Part shown: one piece after another, positions 9,291 to 20,200 of the stretch
Position numbering within the stretch: the first letter of the stretch is position 1
Layout: the number at the start of each line of letters is the position of its first letter
Assembly (NCBI GenBank): GCA_963792585.1
Contig: CAWBWI010000006.1
Span: forward strand, 480,001-544,000
Reading direction: 5' to 3'
DNA length: 64,000 nucleotides
Source of the DNA: Candidatus Eiseniibacteriota bacterium
GTDB lineage: Bacteria; Eisenbacteria; RBG-16-71-46; CAIMUX01; VGJL01
Notes under the pieces: model-generated
Seen by the model: the letters and a program-made list of their open reading frames with translations, nothing else
Told to the model about the DNA's origin: nothing
The model's database searches: none
Position numbers and translations under genes: made by a program

Positions 9291-11528
9291 ATGAGGTCTT
9301 TGCTCCGGTTGTCGGTCTTGGTCTTTCTGATCTTGTCCGCCGCCTTCGTCGGGCCGGCTCGAGCCGGTTTCTATTGGGCCAACCCCCAGCCCACCGGAAG
9401 TCCTCTTCAAGGAGTCGATTTTGACAGCCCGACCTCCGGATACGCCGTAGGGGCCATGGGCACCGCCCTGCACACCACCGACGGCGGCGTCACCTGGCAG
9501 GTGACCTCCGACGCGGGCGCCCTCGGCCCGCAGCTGGAAGATGTCGTCGTCCTGGCGCCGGGCGTCCTGCTCGCGGCCGGGGAGACGCCGGGCCTGCACC
9601 GGAGCACCGATGGCGGGGCCTCCTGGGCGCCCATCGCGAACCCGGCGAATGGGACCATGCGGAATCTGTTCTTGCTCGATGCTTCAACCCTCTTCGTCGT
9701 CGGGGACAATGGCCGGATTCTTCGTTCGACGGATGGTGGAACGACCTTCACCTCGCTAGCCACCCTGACCGGGGAGCTCGACGATCAGTACTGGCGCGAT
9801 GCCCAGCACGGCTTCGTGATCGGTCAGCAGAGGATTCGTCGGACGATCGATGGCGGCCAAACGTGGCTCACGATTCCCGGCGTGCCCGAGGGAGGGTTCC
9901 TCTTCGGCGGGGATGTGAGTTTCCTCGACGCGAACAACGGCTGGATCGTGACGGACTTCGAGGCGTACAAGACGACCGACGGCGGCGCGAACTGGGTCGA
10001 TCTCAACCACCCGTTTCAGGGGCCGATCTACCAGGATGAGTGCCTTCCCCTCGATCTGCAGACCCGCATTGTCGCCAGCAACGGTGAGGGGGCGCAGATC
10101 TGGAAGACGACCAACGGCGGCGCCACCTGGACGCGGGTCTTCGCGCACGACGGGACAACCGGCGTTTCCGACATCGAGCTGCTGCCGGACGGCTCGATCG
10201 TTGCCGTATCCACGGCGGCGGATCTCATCCGGTCCACCGATGCGGGAAACACATGGACCAACTTCACCACGATCGCGGGGCCGCAGGAACGCGCAACCCT
10301 CTACACGATCGACATGCTCCCGAGCGGGTTCGGATTCGCCGGCGGCCTGCTGTCCTGCTGGATCAGCACGACCGATGGCGGGAAGACCTGGTTCGATCCC
10401 CCCGCGACACCGGGACTCGGTCAGGCCTCCGTCATCGCGATGCGCGATGCGCAGTTCATCCTGGCCGGGGGCATTGGCACCCACGGCCAGTCGGACGTGC
10501 GGCGCACGACCGACGGCGGGGCGACGTGGACGACGCACAGCCTGTCTCCAACCTATGCGGGATACCCCCAGGGGCTCGTCGCCCTCCCCGATGGAACCTG
10601 CTTCTGCGCCACTGCGGGAGGAGAGGGGATCAACTACGTCTTTCGATCCACCGACAGCGGCGCGACATGGCATCTGCGGAACGCCGGCCTGCCGACGAAC
10701 CGCCGCTGGCTCGAGATCCAGTTCCTCGATTCTCAGAACGGATTCGTCTGCGGCGGGGAAAGCCAGGGCGTTGCGCTCTACCGAACCACCAACGGCGGGG
10801 CGAACTGGACTCCGGTCGGGATCAGCGGTCTTCCCATGACCATGATCCAGGACATGCACTGGCACGATGCGCAGAACGCCGTCGTGGTCGGCGACTTCCA
10901 GATCGCCCGGACGACGAACGGCGGCACGAGTTGGACGACGCCGGCGAGCGGCGGCTGGGCGGGGCTCGATTTCCGCAACCCGTCGTATGGCGTCGCCACC
11001 GAGTTGGGAGGCGCGGTCCGCATCACGACCGATGGAGGGGCGACCTGGACGCGTCAGGTCCTTCCGACGGAGTCTTTCCTCGCGGATGTCGTCGCCACCC
11101 CTGACGGGTATCTCGTCGTGGGCGACTCGAGCCAGATTCTCGGCTGGAGCGACGGGGTCGCGTCGGTGGAATCGCCTTCGGCGGGAGAGGTCGAGCATCT
11201 GGGAAGTCCTCCCCGTCACCTGGGCGGACCTTCGGATGCGCGCGGTTGCATCTTCTGGCCGAACCCCTGCACGGCTGGCGCCGCGAGCGGGATCTCGTTC
11301 CGCGCAGAAGGAGCCGGCGCAGCGTTACGCGATGCCGTCTTCTTCGATCCGACCGGGCGGCGGCTGGGTCACGGTGCGGTGACGTTGGACGGCGCCTCCA
11401 GGACGCCGGGATTCACGCAGGGACGCATATCCCTCGCGGGTCTGCGCCTGCCGTCGGGAAGCGTGCGGATCGAGCTGTGCGACGCCCAGGGCAATCGCTT
11501 CGCCGGGACGATTCTGATCATCCGCTGA
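9291..11528 (+). CDS. Secreted BNR/Asp-box (Ycf48/VPS10-like) beta-propeller protein, paralog 1, with degenerate T9SS-like CTD
   Basis: Signal peptide; WANPQPTG; more than 10 (S/T)TDGGxTW Asp-boxes; C-terminal WPNP...FFDPTGRRL; GAGGAGG RBS. Confidence 0.85.
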   Translation: MRSLLRLSVLVFLILSAAFVGPARAGFYWANPQPTGSPLQGVDFDSPTSGYAVGAMGTALHTTDGGVTWQVTSDAGALGPQLEDVVVLAPGVLLAAGETPGLHRSTDGGASWAPIANPANGTMRNLFLLDASTLFVVGDNGRILRSTDGGTTFTSLATLTGELDDQYWRDAQHGFVIGQQRIRRTIDGGQTWLTIPGVPEGGFLFGGDVSFLDANNGWIVTDFEAYKTTDGGANWVDLNHPFQGPIYQDECLPLDLQTRIVASNGEGAQIWKTTNGGATWTRVFAHDGTTGVSDIELLPDGSIVAVSTAADLIRSTDAGNTWTNFTTIAGPQERATLYTIDMLPSGFGFAGGLLSCWISTTDGGKTWFDPPATPGLGQASVIAMRDAQFILAGGIGTHGQSDVRRTTDGGATWTTHSLSPTYAGYPQGLVALPDGTCFCATAGGEGINYVFRSTDSGATWHLRNAGLPTNRRWLEIQFLDSQNGFVCGGESQGVALYRTTNGGANWTPVGISGLPMTMIQDMHWHDAQNAVVVGDFQIARTTNGGTSWTTPASGGWAGLDFRNPSYGVATELGGAVRITTDGGATWTRQVLPTESFLADVVATPDGYLVVGDSSQILGWSDGVASVESPSAGEVEHLGSPPRHLGGPSDARGCIFWPNPCTAGAASGISFRAEGAGAALRDAVFFDPTGRRLGHGAVTLDGASRTPGFTQGRISLAGLRLPSGSVRIELCDAQGNRFAGTILIIR

Positions 11529-11615
11529 GACCCTGTGGAGCCACAATCACGAAGACCACCCGACCATGGACCGGGGCCGCGGTTCAGATGCCGAGTAGAT
11601 GAGGAGGCGCGGAAG

Positions 11616-13856
11616 ATGAGAACTTTGCTCCGATCGTCGGCCCTGGTGCTCCTGATGCTGTCCGTCATCTTCGTCGGATCGGCACGGGCTGCTTTCTTCT
11701 GGGCTAACCCCCAGCCCACCGGAAACGCTCTCCACGGGATCGCCTTCGAGAATGCCGCTTCCGGTTATGCCGTGGGAGCGATGGGGACGGCCCTGCACAC
11801 GACCGATGGCGGCGTCACGTGGCAGGTCACCTCGAGCCCGGACGCGCTCTCGCCGCAACTGGAGGACCTGATCATCCTCGCTCCTGGGGTCCTGCTCGCC
11901 GCAGGGGAGGCTCCCGGGATCCACAACAGCACGAACGGGGGAGCCACGTGGACCGCCGTCCCGAACCCCGCCAACGGAACTCTCAGAAACCTGTTCCGGC
12001 TCGACGGCTCCACCATCTTCGCGGTCGGGGACAACGGCCGCGCCCTCCGCTCGACAGACGGCGGCGCCAACTTCGTCTCGTTGACCTCATTGAGCGGACA
12101 GCTCGACGACCAGTACTGGAAGGACGCGCAGACCGGGTACGTCCTCGGCCAATTCGTTGCACGGCGGACGACCAACGGCGGTCAGACCTGGCTCCCGATT
12201 CCCAACGTGCCCGAAGGGGGAACCTTCTTTGGCGGCGACATCAGCTTCTTCGACGCGAACAACGGGTGGATCGTGAATGATTTCGAGACCTACCGGACGA
12301 CCGACGGCGGCGCGAACTGGTTCGATCTCAACCATCAGTTCCAGGGACCCATCTACCAGGATGTCTGCCTCCCGTTGAGCCCCCAGACGCGCATCGTCGC
12401 AAGCAATGGAGAGGGCGCGCAGATCTGGAAGACGACAAACGACGGCGCGAGTTGGACGATGGTCCTCTCGCACAACGGAACGACCGGTATTCCCGACTTG
12501 GACCTACTGCCGGACGGTTCGCTCGTCGCCGTATCCACGGCTGCGGATCTCCTTCGATCCACCGACGCGGGAAACACATGGACCAACTTCACGCGGATCG
12601 CAGGACCGCCGGATCGATCCTCCCTGAACGCGATCGACGTCATCCCGAGCGGGATTGGATTTGCCGGCGGGTGGTCGTCCAACTGGGTCGCCACCTCGGA
12701 TGGGGGCAGGAACTGGTTCAACCCGCCCGCGACGCCGGGACTCCAGGAGACATTCGCGATCACCGTGCGCGATCCTCAGTTCATCCTCGCGGGCGGCGTC
12801 GGCACCAACGGGCATTCCGATGTGCGCCGCTCGACGGACGGCGGTGTGACCTGGACGACCCACAGTCTGTCTGCGAACTACACGGGATATCCTGAGGGAC
12901 TCGTCGCGCTTCCAGATGGAACCTGTTATTGCGCCACCGCAGGCGGAACGGGGATCAACTACGTCTTTCGATCCACCGATGGAGGAACCACCTGGCATCA
13001 GCGGAACAATGGGGTGCCGGCAAGCAATCGCTTGAACGATATTCAGTTCCTCGATCCGCTCACCGGCTTCGTCTGCGGGGGCGATTTCCAGAGCCCCGTC
13101 CTCTACCGCACCACCGACGGCGGCGGGACCTGGACCCCGGTCGGGACCAATGGGCTCCTCATGGCCGGGATCCAGGATATGCACTGGCACGATGCGCAGA
13201 ACGGCATCGTGATCGGCGACTCCCGTATCCAGCGAACGACCAATGGCGGCGCAAGCTGGACGACCGTCGTTGGGGATGGAGGCTGGGCGGCGCTCGATTT
13301 CCGCGATCCTCTGCACGGCGTCGCGACCGAGCTGGATGAAGCTGTTCGCCTCACCACCGACGGCGGTGCGACATGGGCTCGCCAGGCTCTTCCCGCGATC
13401 ACGTTCCTCGCGGACGTTGTCGCGACCCCGGACGGGTACATCGTGGTCGGCGACACGAGCCAGATTCTCGGCTGGAGCGACTCAGTCGCATCGGTGGAGT
13501 CCCCATCGGAGAGCGACGCTGGCCCCCTGGGCGGTATTCCTCCCCACCGGGGTGGTCCTTCGGATGCGCGCGGATGCATCTTCTGGCCGAATCCCTACAC
13601 GGTCTCAGCCAGGAGCGGGCTCTCGTTCCGCGCGGAAAGAGCCGACGCAGAGATTCGCGATGCGGTCTTCTTCGATCCGAACGGGCGGCGTCTCGGCCAC
13701 GGGAATGTGACCCTGGACGGCGCGGCGGGAACGCCTGGATTCACGCAAGGACGCATCTCCCTTGCAGACGTGCGCCTGCCGTCGGGAAGCGTGCGGATCG
13801 AGCTGCACGATGTTCGCGGCAATCGCTATGCGGGGACGATTCTGATCATCCGCTGA
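11616..13856 (+). CDS. Secreted BNR/Asp-box beta-propeller protein, paralog 2 (tandem duplicate)
   Basis: Collinear with 9291..11528 along its whole length. ATG at 11616 follows GAGGAGG. Confidence 0.85.
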   Translation: MRTLLRSSALVLLMLSVIFVGSARAAFFWANPQPTGNALHGIAFENAASGYAVGAMGTALHTTDGGVTWQVTSSPDALSPQLEDLIILAPGVLLAAGEAPGIHNSTNGGATWTAVPNPANGTLRNLFRLDGSTIFAVGDNGRALRSTDGGANFVSLTSLSGQLDDQYWKDAQTGYVLGQFVARRTTNGGQTWLPIPNVPEGGTFFGGDISFFDANNGWIVNDFETYRTTDGGANWFDLNHQFQGPIYQDVCLPLSPQTRIVASNGEGAQIWKTTNDGASWTMVLSHNGTTGIPDLDLLPDGSLVAVSTAADLLRSTDAGNTWTNFTRIAGPPDRSSLNAIDVIPSGIGFAGGWSSNWVATSDGGRNWFNPPATPGLQETFAITVRDPQFILAGGVGTNGHSDVRRSTDGGVTWTTHSLSANYTGYPEGLVALPDGTCYCATAGGTGINYVFRSTDGGTTWHQRNNGVPASNRLNDIQFLDPLTGFVCGGDFQSPVLYRTTDGGGTWTPVGTNGLLMAGIQDMHWHDAQNGIVIGDSRIQRTTNGGASWTTVVGDGGWAALDFRDPLHGVATELDEAVRLTTDGGATWARQALPAITFLADVVATPDGYIVVGDTSQILGWSDSVASVESPSESDAGPLGGIPPHRGGPSDARGCIFWPNPYTVSARSGLSFRAERADAEIRDAVFFDPNGRRLGHGNVTLDGAAGTPGFTQGRISLADVRLPSGSVRIELHDVRGNRYAGTILIIR

Positions 13857-13879
13857 GATCATCCGGAACCACCACATCC

Positions 13880-14262
13880 CACGGGTGAGCGGGAGGCGGG
13901 TGCCGGAAGGAGCTGCGCTATGCGCCGACTGGAGGCGCCTGCCGGACGCGACGCCACCAGCGCGACGCGACGCTCACGCGCAGGCCAGCAGCGGTCCACG
14001 GGCGAGCGGGAGGCGGGTGCCGGAAGGAGCTGCGCTATGCGCCGACTGGAGGCACCCGCCGGATGCGACGCCCGGGCACGGCGATCCTCGGGCGAGCGAA
14101 GGCGGGTGCCAAAAGGAGCTGCGCTATGCGCCGACTGGAGGCACCCGCCGGATGCGACGCCCGCAGCGCAGGCCAGCAGCGGTCCAAGGGCAAGCGAGAG
14201 GCGGACGCCGAAAGGAGCTGCGCTATGCGCCGACTGGAGGCACCCGCCGGATGCGACGCCCG
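13880..14262 (+). repeat. Tandem array of 4 copies of the ~76-nt palindromic repeat
   Basis: Units at about 13880-13955, 13997-14073, 14087-14162 and 14185-14261; invariant core aaggagctgcgctatgcgccgactggaggc; lies between convergent genes. Confidence 0.92.
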
Positions 14263-14287
14263 CGGCGCGACGCCCGCAGCGCAGCGA

Positions 14288-17200
14288 TCACCGGCTCACC
14301 GGCACTTCCTGCGACGGACTCGGCGTCCGCGCGGCCGGCGTGCGCCCCTCGAAGAGATCCAGCACCGCCGCAGCGAGCGTGTTGATGGTCGGCGCCTCCA
14401 TCAGCGCGCCCGTCGGGAGCGACAACGCCAGGTCGGTGTCGACATGATTCTTCAACTCGACCGCCATCAGCGAATCGAACCCCATCTGATTGAGCGGCCG
14501 ATCCGGATCCAGCTTGGCGGCCGACGCGCCCAGGACCCGTGCGACCTCGCCCCGGATGTACTCCCGCAGGATCTCGCCACGCTCCCCCGGCTTGGCCTGT
14601 CGCAGAGCGGAACGTACGCGCTCGCCCTCCTCCTCCGCGCCGCGGTTGGCGTCCAGCTCGCCGAACATCGCTGCCACCCGGCGGGCCACCCGCATCTTGG
14701 TGAGCACCTGGGCGGATGCGCTCCAGTCCAGGCGGAAGTAGCCCATCTGCGCGTGCCGACACCGGAGCATCGTATCGAGACCCACCATGGCCTGCTCCGG
14801 CGAGAAACCGACGAACCCGCGACGCGTGAGGATCTCCGAGACCTGGGCGTGACGGGAGACATAACCGACCGCGTCCAGACGTCCCCAGTCGACCGTCAGC
14901 ACAGGAAGCCCCAGAAACCGCCTGTGGTAGGCAAACGCGTCGAGGAAGGCATTGGCCGCGACGTAGTTTGCCTGGCCCGGCGTGCCAACCCAGGTGCCGA
15001 CGGAGCTGAAGAGAACGAAGTGGTCCAGCGGATCGTCGACGGTCGCTCGATGGAGGTTCCACGTGCCCGACACCTTCGGGGCCAGGACCCGCGCGAAACG
15101 CTCGCCGTTCAAGTGCTGGAGGATTCCATCGTCGATCACCATCGCCGTGTGGAAGACGCCCCGCAGCGGGGGCATCGTCCGGCGGACCTCCTCCATCGTC
15201 GCGTGAAGTTGTGCCGCATCGGTCACGTCGGATTTCAGCGCGAGGACGCGCACCCCGCTTCGTTCGAGATCCGCGATTGCCGCGCGCGCCTCTTCCGATG
15301 CCGCGCCGCTGCGTCCCGTCAGGACCAGATTGCGTCCGCCATGGTCGGCGATCCAGCGCGCGATGACGAGGCCGAACCCGCCGAACCCGCCCGTGATCAT
15401 GTAGCCGGCGTCGCTGCGGAAGGCGATTGCGCCATCCAGCACGCGCTCGACTAGAAGATCGGGATCGTCCAGCGATAGGACGAGCTTGCCGATGTGTCGG
15501 CCCTGGGCGACGTGACGGAATGCATCGACCGCGCGCGATGCCTCGAAGATCGTGTGCGGGAGCGCGTGGTAGTCCGCCTTCGCGAATCGCTCCATGATCC
15601 GCTCGAACATCCGCCGCAGGAGCGCGGGATCCTCCTTCGCGACGCGCCCGAGATCGATCGCGTGGAGCGAGAGGTTCTTGCGGAATGCCCAGAGCCCGAT
15701 CCGGCTGTTCTGGTAGATGTCCCGCTTGCCAAGTTCGAGGAATCGCCCGAAGGGGGCCATGCAGGAGAGTCCCTTCTGGATCGCTCTTCCGGCGAGAGAG
15801 TTCAAGACGATGTCCACGCCGCGCCCGCCCGTGAACGCGAGCACTTCGTCGGCAAACGACAGCGTCCGCGAGTCCATGACGTGATCGACGCCCATCAGCT
15901 TCAGGATGTCGCGCTTCTCGGGGCTGCCCGCGGTGGCAAAGACCTTGGCTCCCGCGCACTTCGCGATCTGGATCGCGGCCATGCCGACGCCGCCGGCGCC
16001 GGAGTGGATGAGGACCGACTCCCCTTCGCGCAGGCGCGCGATCTCGTGAAGCGCATAGTAGGCGGTCAGGAAGGTGACCGGAATGGTGGCCGCTTCCTCG
16101 AATGTGAGACTGCCGGGCTTCGCGAGAACCGCGGTCACCGGAGCGATCACCGTCGACGCGAATGCCGCCGGCGCCATCGCAACAACCTCGTCTCCAAGCG
16201 AAACCCCCGTCACACCGGGTCCCACGGCTACGACGCGTCCCGCGCACTCGTCTCCCAGGAGCAGGTAGTCGTCCGCCTCGGCCGGATAGAGCGCGAGCGC
16301 CTTCAGGACGTCGCGGAAGTTCAGGCCCGCCGCCGCGACACGGATCTCCACCTCGCCGGCGCCCGGCGACCTGCGGGGAGTTTCCCGCCAGGCCAGCGAG
16401 TCCATCGCGCCGGTCGTGGAGGCCATCAGACGGAAGCCGGAGCCGCCTTCGCGATCGATGCCGAGCGACGCCGGTCTCACCCGCTCGCCGCGGAAACGCC
16501 CGGCCCGCGGAACCAGGCGTGACTCGCGCCGGAGCGCGACTTCCTCCTCCGGATCCTCGGTGATGAGCTCATCGAAGAGCCGTTGGATCTCGTCGTCGGA
16601 TCCGACGCGATCCAGATCGATGAGCTTGGTGCGAACGTCGGGATGTTCGTTGAGGAGGACTCTCCCAAATCCGAGGAGCGGCGATTGGGAAACCGAAATC
16701 GATCCCCTTCCCTCATCCGTCGGCTGCGCACCGCGCGTGACCAGAACCAGGCGGGGGCCACCCGCGAGACGCCCCGTGCGCTCCAGGGATTGCAGCAGGT
16801 GCAGAACCGAGTGGCATCCGAGCGCCTCGCCGTCGAGCAACGGCCCTGCGGAATCGCCATCCGGGTTTGGAGCATCGAGGCTCCAGAGGTGGATCATCCC
16901 CTCGATCGTGTCGTGGGCCGGATCCAGCGTGCCCAGCAAGCGATCCATCTCCTCGGGACGTCGAGGAGCGACCGAGAATGTGCATTTGCCCAGCTTTGCG
17001 AACTCCGTCCCGGCGACGACCGTGACGCAGCGATCGCCACGCGCTTCCAGGAGATCCCGGAGTCCGCTCGCCACCACCCCCTGATCCGCAAAGAGGAGCC
17101 AGAGCGGCGGGCGCTCTGCGGCAACCGTGGTTGCGGGCGGATCGACGATCGACGCGGCGGCCATCTCCGCGGGCGGGAAGGGCGCATCCTCGACGGCAAC

Positions 17201-20200
17201 TTCGCGGCTGTTGCGCGCGAGGACCACGATTTGCGGCGAGGTCGGTTCGCTGGGGTCGTAGGGAAGCGCCTCGACCGAATCGAACCCTTCGCTCGTCAGC
17301 ACGGACTGCCATTGCACACGGTCCAGCAAGGGGTGATCGGGTCGCAGATCGACATCCGTGAAGTGCCACCACCCCTCGGTCAGGCCGAAGACTACGTCCA
17401 CCCATGGATTCCTTCGTTCCCCTTCGAGAAGAAGGAGCAGCCCCTCGGGACCGAGCATCCTGCGCAACCGCTCCACCGATTTGCGGATATCGGCGGAGGC
17501 GTGCAGGACATCGGAAGCGACGATCAGATCGAAGGAATGCAGGGCGAACTCCTGCCCCTCCGGATCCCTGTCGAGATCGAACGAGCCAAATCGGACGAAC
17601 GGATAGGCGCCGAAGCGCTGCTCCGCCTTGGCCAGGAAGAGGGGAGAAACGTCCGTGAACGCATACGATACCCGGTGGGGCGCGAGCATCGGGAGCAACT
17701 CCGCGGTCAGTCCACCGGTTCCCGCGCCCACTTCGAGGACGCGCAGGATGCGGCCCTCGGGCAGCGCCTCCTGAACGCGCCGCAACACCGACTGCACCAT
17801 CCGGTTGCCGATCATGAAGATCGGCGCGCTCTGGTAGAAGGTCGCGAGCGTCGTGGTCGGCCCGTCCGGGAAGAGGATCTGGAGCGGGTTGACCTCACCC
17901 GCGATCACTTCCCCGATCCTCCGGCCGCAACGGCCGAGCAGGTTGAGGTCCATCGAGTAGCCGGGGTACTTTCCCCATGCGTCGCGCCAGAGCGACTCGG
18001 GGTCCTCGATCGGCGGCTCGTCAATCACCCTCCACTCCCCCGCGGCGACCTCGTGCAGCCGTCCCCTCTCTTTCAAGTGGATGAGGAGTCGGTGGAGAAG
18101 CCGCTGGTGGTGCATTGCCGGATGAAGGCGATCGATCAGGTCGTCCTCCCGAAGGAGATCGCCGAGCTTCAGCCCGACCCCCGCCCCGCGCAGGAACCTG
18201 ACGATGAAGGCGTGCGCGATCCGATTCATGTCTGCGTCGACCGCAGCGGCGCGCTCGGCGAGTTCAAGGCGGGTGCCGAGATCGGTCGCGGCCTCACGGG
18301 CGAACGCCGCGAGCTCCCGCACGGACGGGATGAAGTCGGCCGGCCTCGTTGCGGCAAGGGATTCCGGATGAACCTTGTTCTCCCAGCGAACCTCGTAGAT
18401 CCAGCTCATCGGATTATCGGCTTCCGATGATCGGCTGCGATCGAGGGCCTGACAACGGAATCCTTCGATCCGCGCGGCAAGCCGTCCCGCGCCGTCGAGC
18501 AGATCCAGGTCGCCCTCCAGAATGCTCGCGCCGAGCTGCCGGATCCTCGCGTGACAGAAGACCTGCGGGCCCGGAGTGGCCCAGAAGGTCACCCGGCGGA
18601 TGTAGACGGGAAGGAACAGACTCCTGCGCTCCGTGAGTGTGGCCTGCGGGACGGCGCCGAAGAGGACCTGGAAGCACGCGTCGAGCATTGCGGGGTGGAA
18701 GTGATACCCCGCAACGTCGAGGCCATCCCGAAGACGGACGTCGCCCAATGCTTCCCCGTCGCGACGGAAGATCTCCCGAACCCCCTGGAATGCCGGACCG
18801 TAGTGCAGACCGATCTCCGCGTAGCGCGCATAGCATGTGGCCGCGTCGAGCTTCTCGGTCAGGCGCGCCCGAATCGCCTCGAGATCCTCCTCGATCGCGG
18901 GCGCCGGAATCCGATCGGTCGTCACGGAACCCTTGCAGTGAACGGTCCATCCCGCGCTGCCGGGCACGCCGCTCTGGATGTCGAAGGAACCGTCCTCCTG
19001 ATCGATGCGGATCTGGACGGCCGTCTCCCTCCCACCCTCGGAGAGGAACAATGCGCGGAGGAACTGGACTTCCTCCACCTGGGCCGCATCCTGCCCCGTG
19101 ATCCTCCGGGACGCCGCCGCAGCCATCTCGACGAATCCTGCTCCCGGGAAGACGGTGTGCTTCTCGACGCGGTGGTCCGCCAAGTAGGCGAGGACGCGCG
19201 TGTCGAGGGGTGTCTGCCAGGTGGGATTCGCGGCGCGCAGGTCCCGGGTCAGCAGCGGATGCACCTCGGGGTTCAGTCGGGGATCCGCGATCTCCGGCAC
19301 CTCGTGCCAGTATCTCTCCCGGCGCCACGGGTAGGCCGGCAGCCGCACCGGACGTCTCGCCTCGGGCCAGAGCGCATTCCAGTTCACGCGATGACCCAGG
19401 ATGTTCAGGGCGCCGAGGGACCCCAAGATCACCGAGCGCTCGTCCTCTTCCCGACGAAGCGACGGCAGGAGATCCGCTTTGCGCTGGCGGGCATGGAGGC
19501 ACTCGGCCATGTAGCCCGAGAGGACCGGGTGGGGCCCGATCTCGACGAACGTATCGAAGCCGCGGCGGATCGCCTCATCCATCGCCTCGGCGAAGAAGAC
19601 CCTATGTCGCAGGCCGCGCCACCAGTAATCTCCCGTCAAGCGCGCGCCGTCGATCTCCGCGCCCGTCACGGTCGAGAGCATGGGGATGCGCGCGCCGTGA
19701 AGCTGCAACTCGCCCAGGGACGCGAGCAGATCCTCTCGCACCGCATCCATCAAAGGACTGTGAAATGCGTACTCGACCTTGAGGAAGCGGTGCCAGACGT
19801 TGCGCTCGACCAAGGTCTCCGCGATCGTCTCCAATACCTCGGGATTCCCGGAGAGGGTCACCGAACGCGGGCTGTTCGCCGCGGCCACGGAGACGGATCC
19901 CGTGCGACCGCCGATTACTTCCTCGGCCTCGACGACGGACAGCGCCGCCGCGAGCATCTTTCCGCGCGACGAGACGAGATCCATGCAGCGCCCGCGATGG
20001 AAAACGACCCGCGCCGCCTCGGACAGGGGCAGGATCCCCGCGACGTGCGCGGCCGCGATCTCCCCGACGCTGTGACCGATCACCGCGCTCGGCGTGACCC
20101 CCCACGACTTCCACAGCTCGGCCAGCGCGACCTGGATCGCGAAAAGAGCCGGTTGCGCGATGGCGGTTCGCTGCATGCGTGAGGCCGACTCATCGGCCGT

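Noticed and set aside
9291..13856. Photosystem II assembly (Ycf48) function
   Set aside because: The similarity is only the generic Asp-box propeller; there are no photosynthesis genes and the proteins carry secretion CTDs.
13880..14262. CRISPR array
   Set aside because: Units are about 76 nt and degenerate. Spacers vary (about 41, 13 and 22 nt) and two share sequence (gcgcaggccagcagcggtc). Copies are dispersed elsewhere in both orientations and no cas genes are present.
13885..14447. ORFs with repeated peptides (CADWRHPPDAT, APTGGTRRMR)
   Set aside because: These are translations of the DNA repeat array, with no RBS or other coding signal.
16583..20182. Long plus-strand ORFs (615 aa and 543 aa) inside the PKS
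   Set aside because: Antisense shadow frames typical of high-GC coding DNA; no recognisable motifs.
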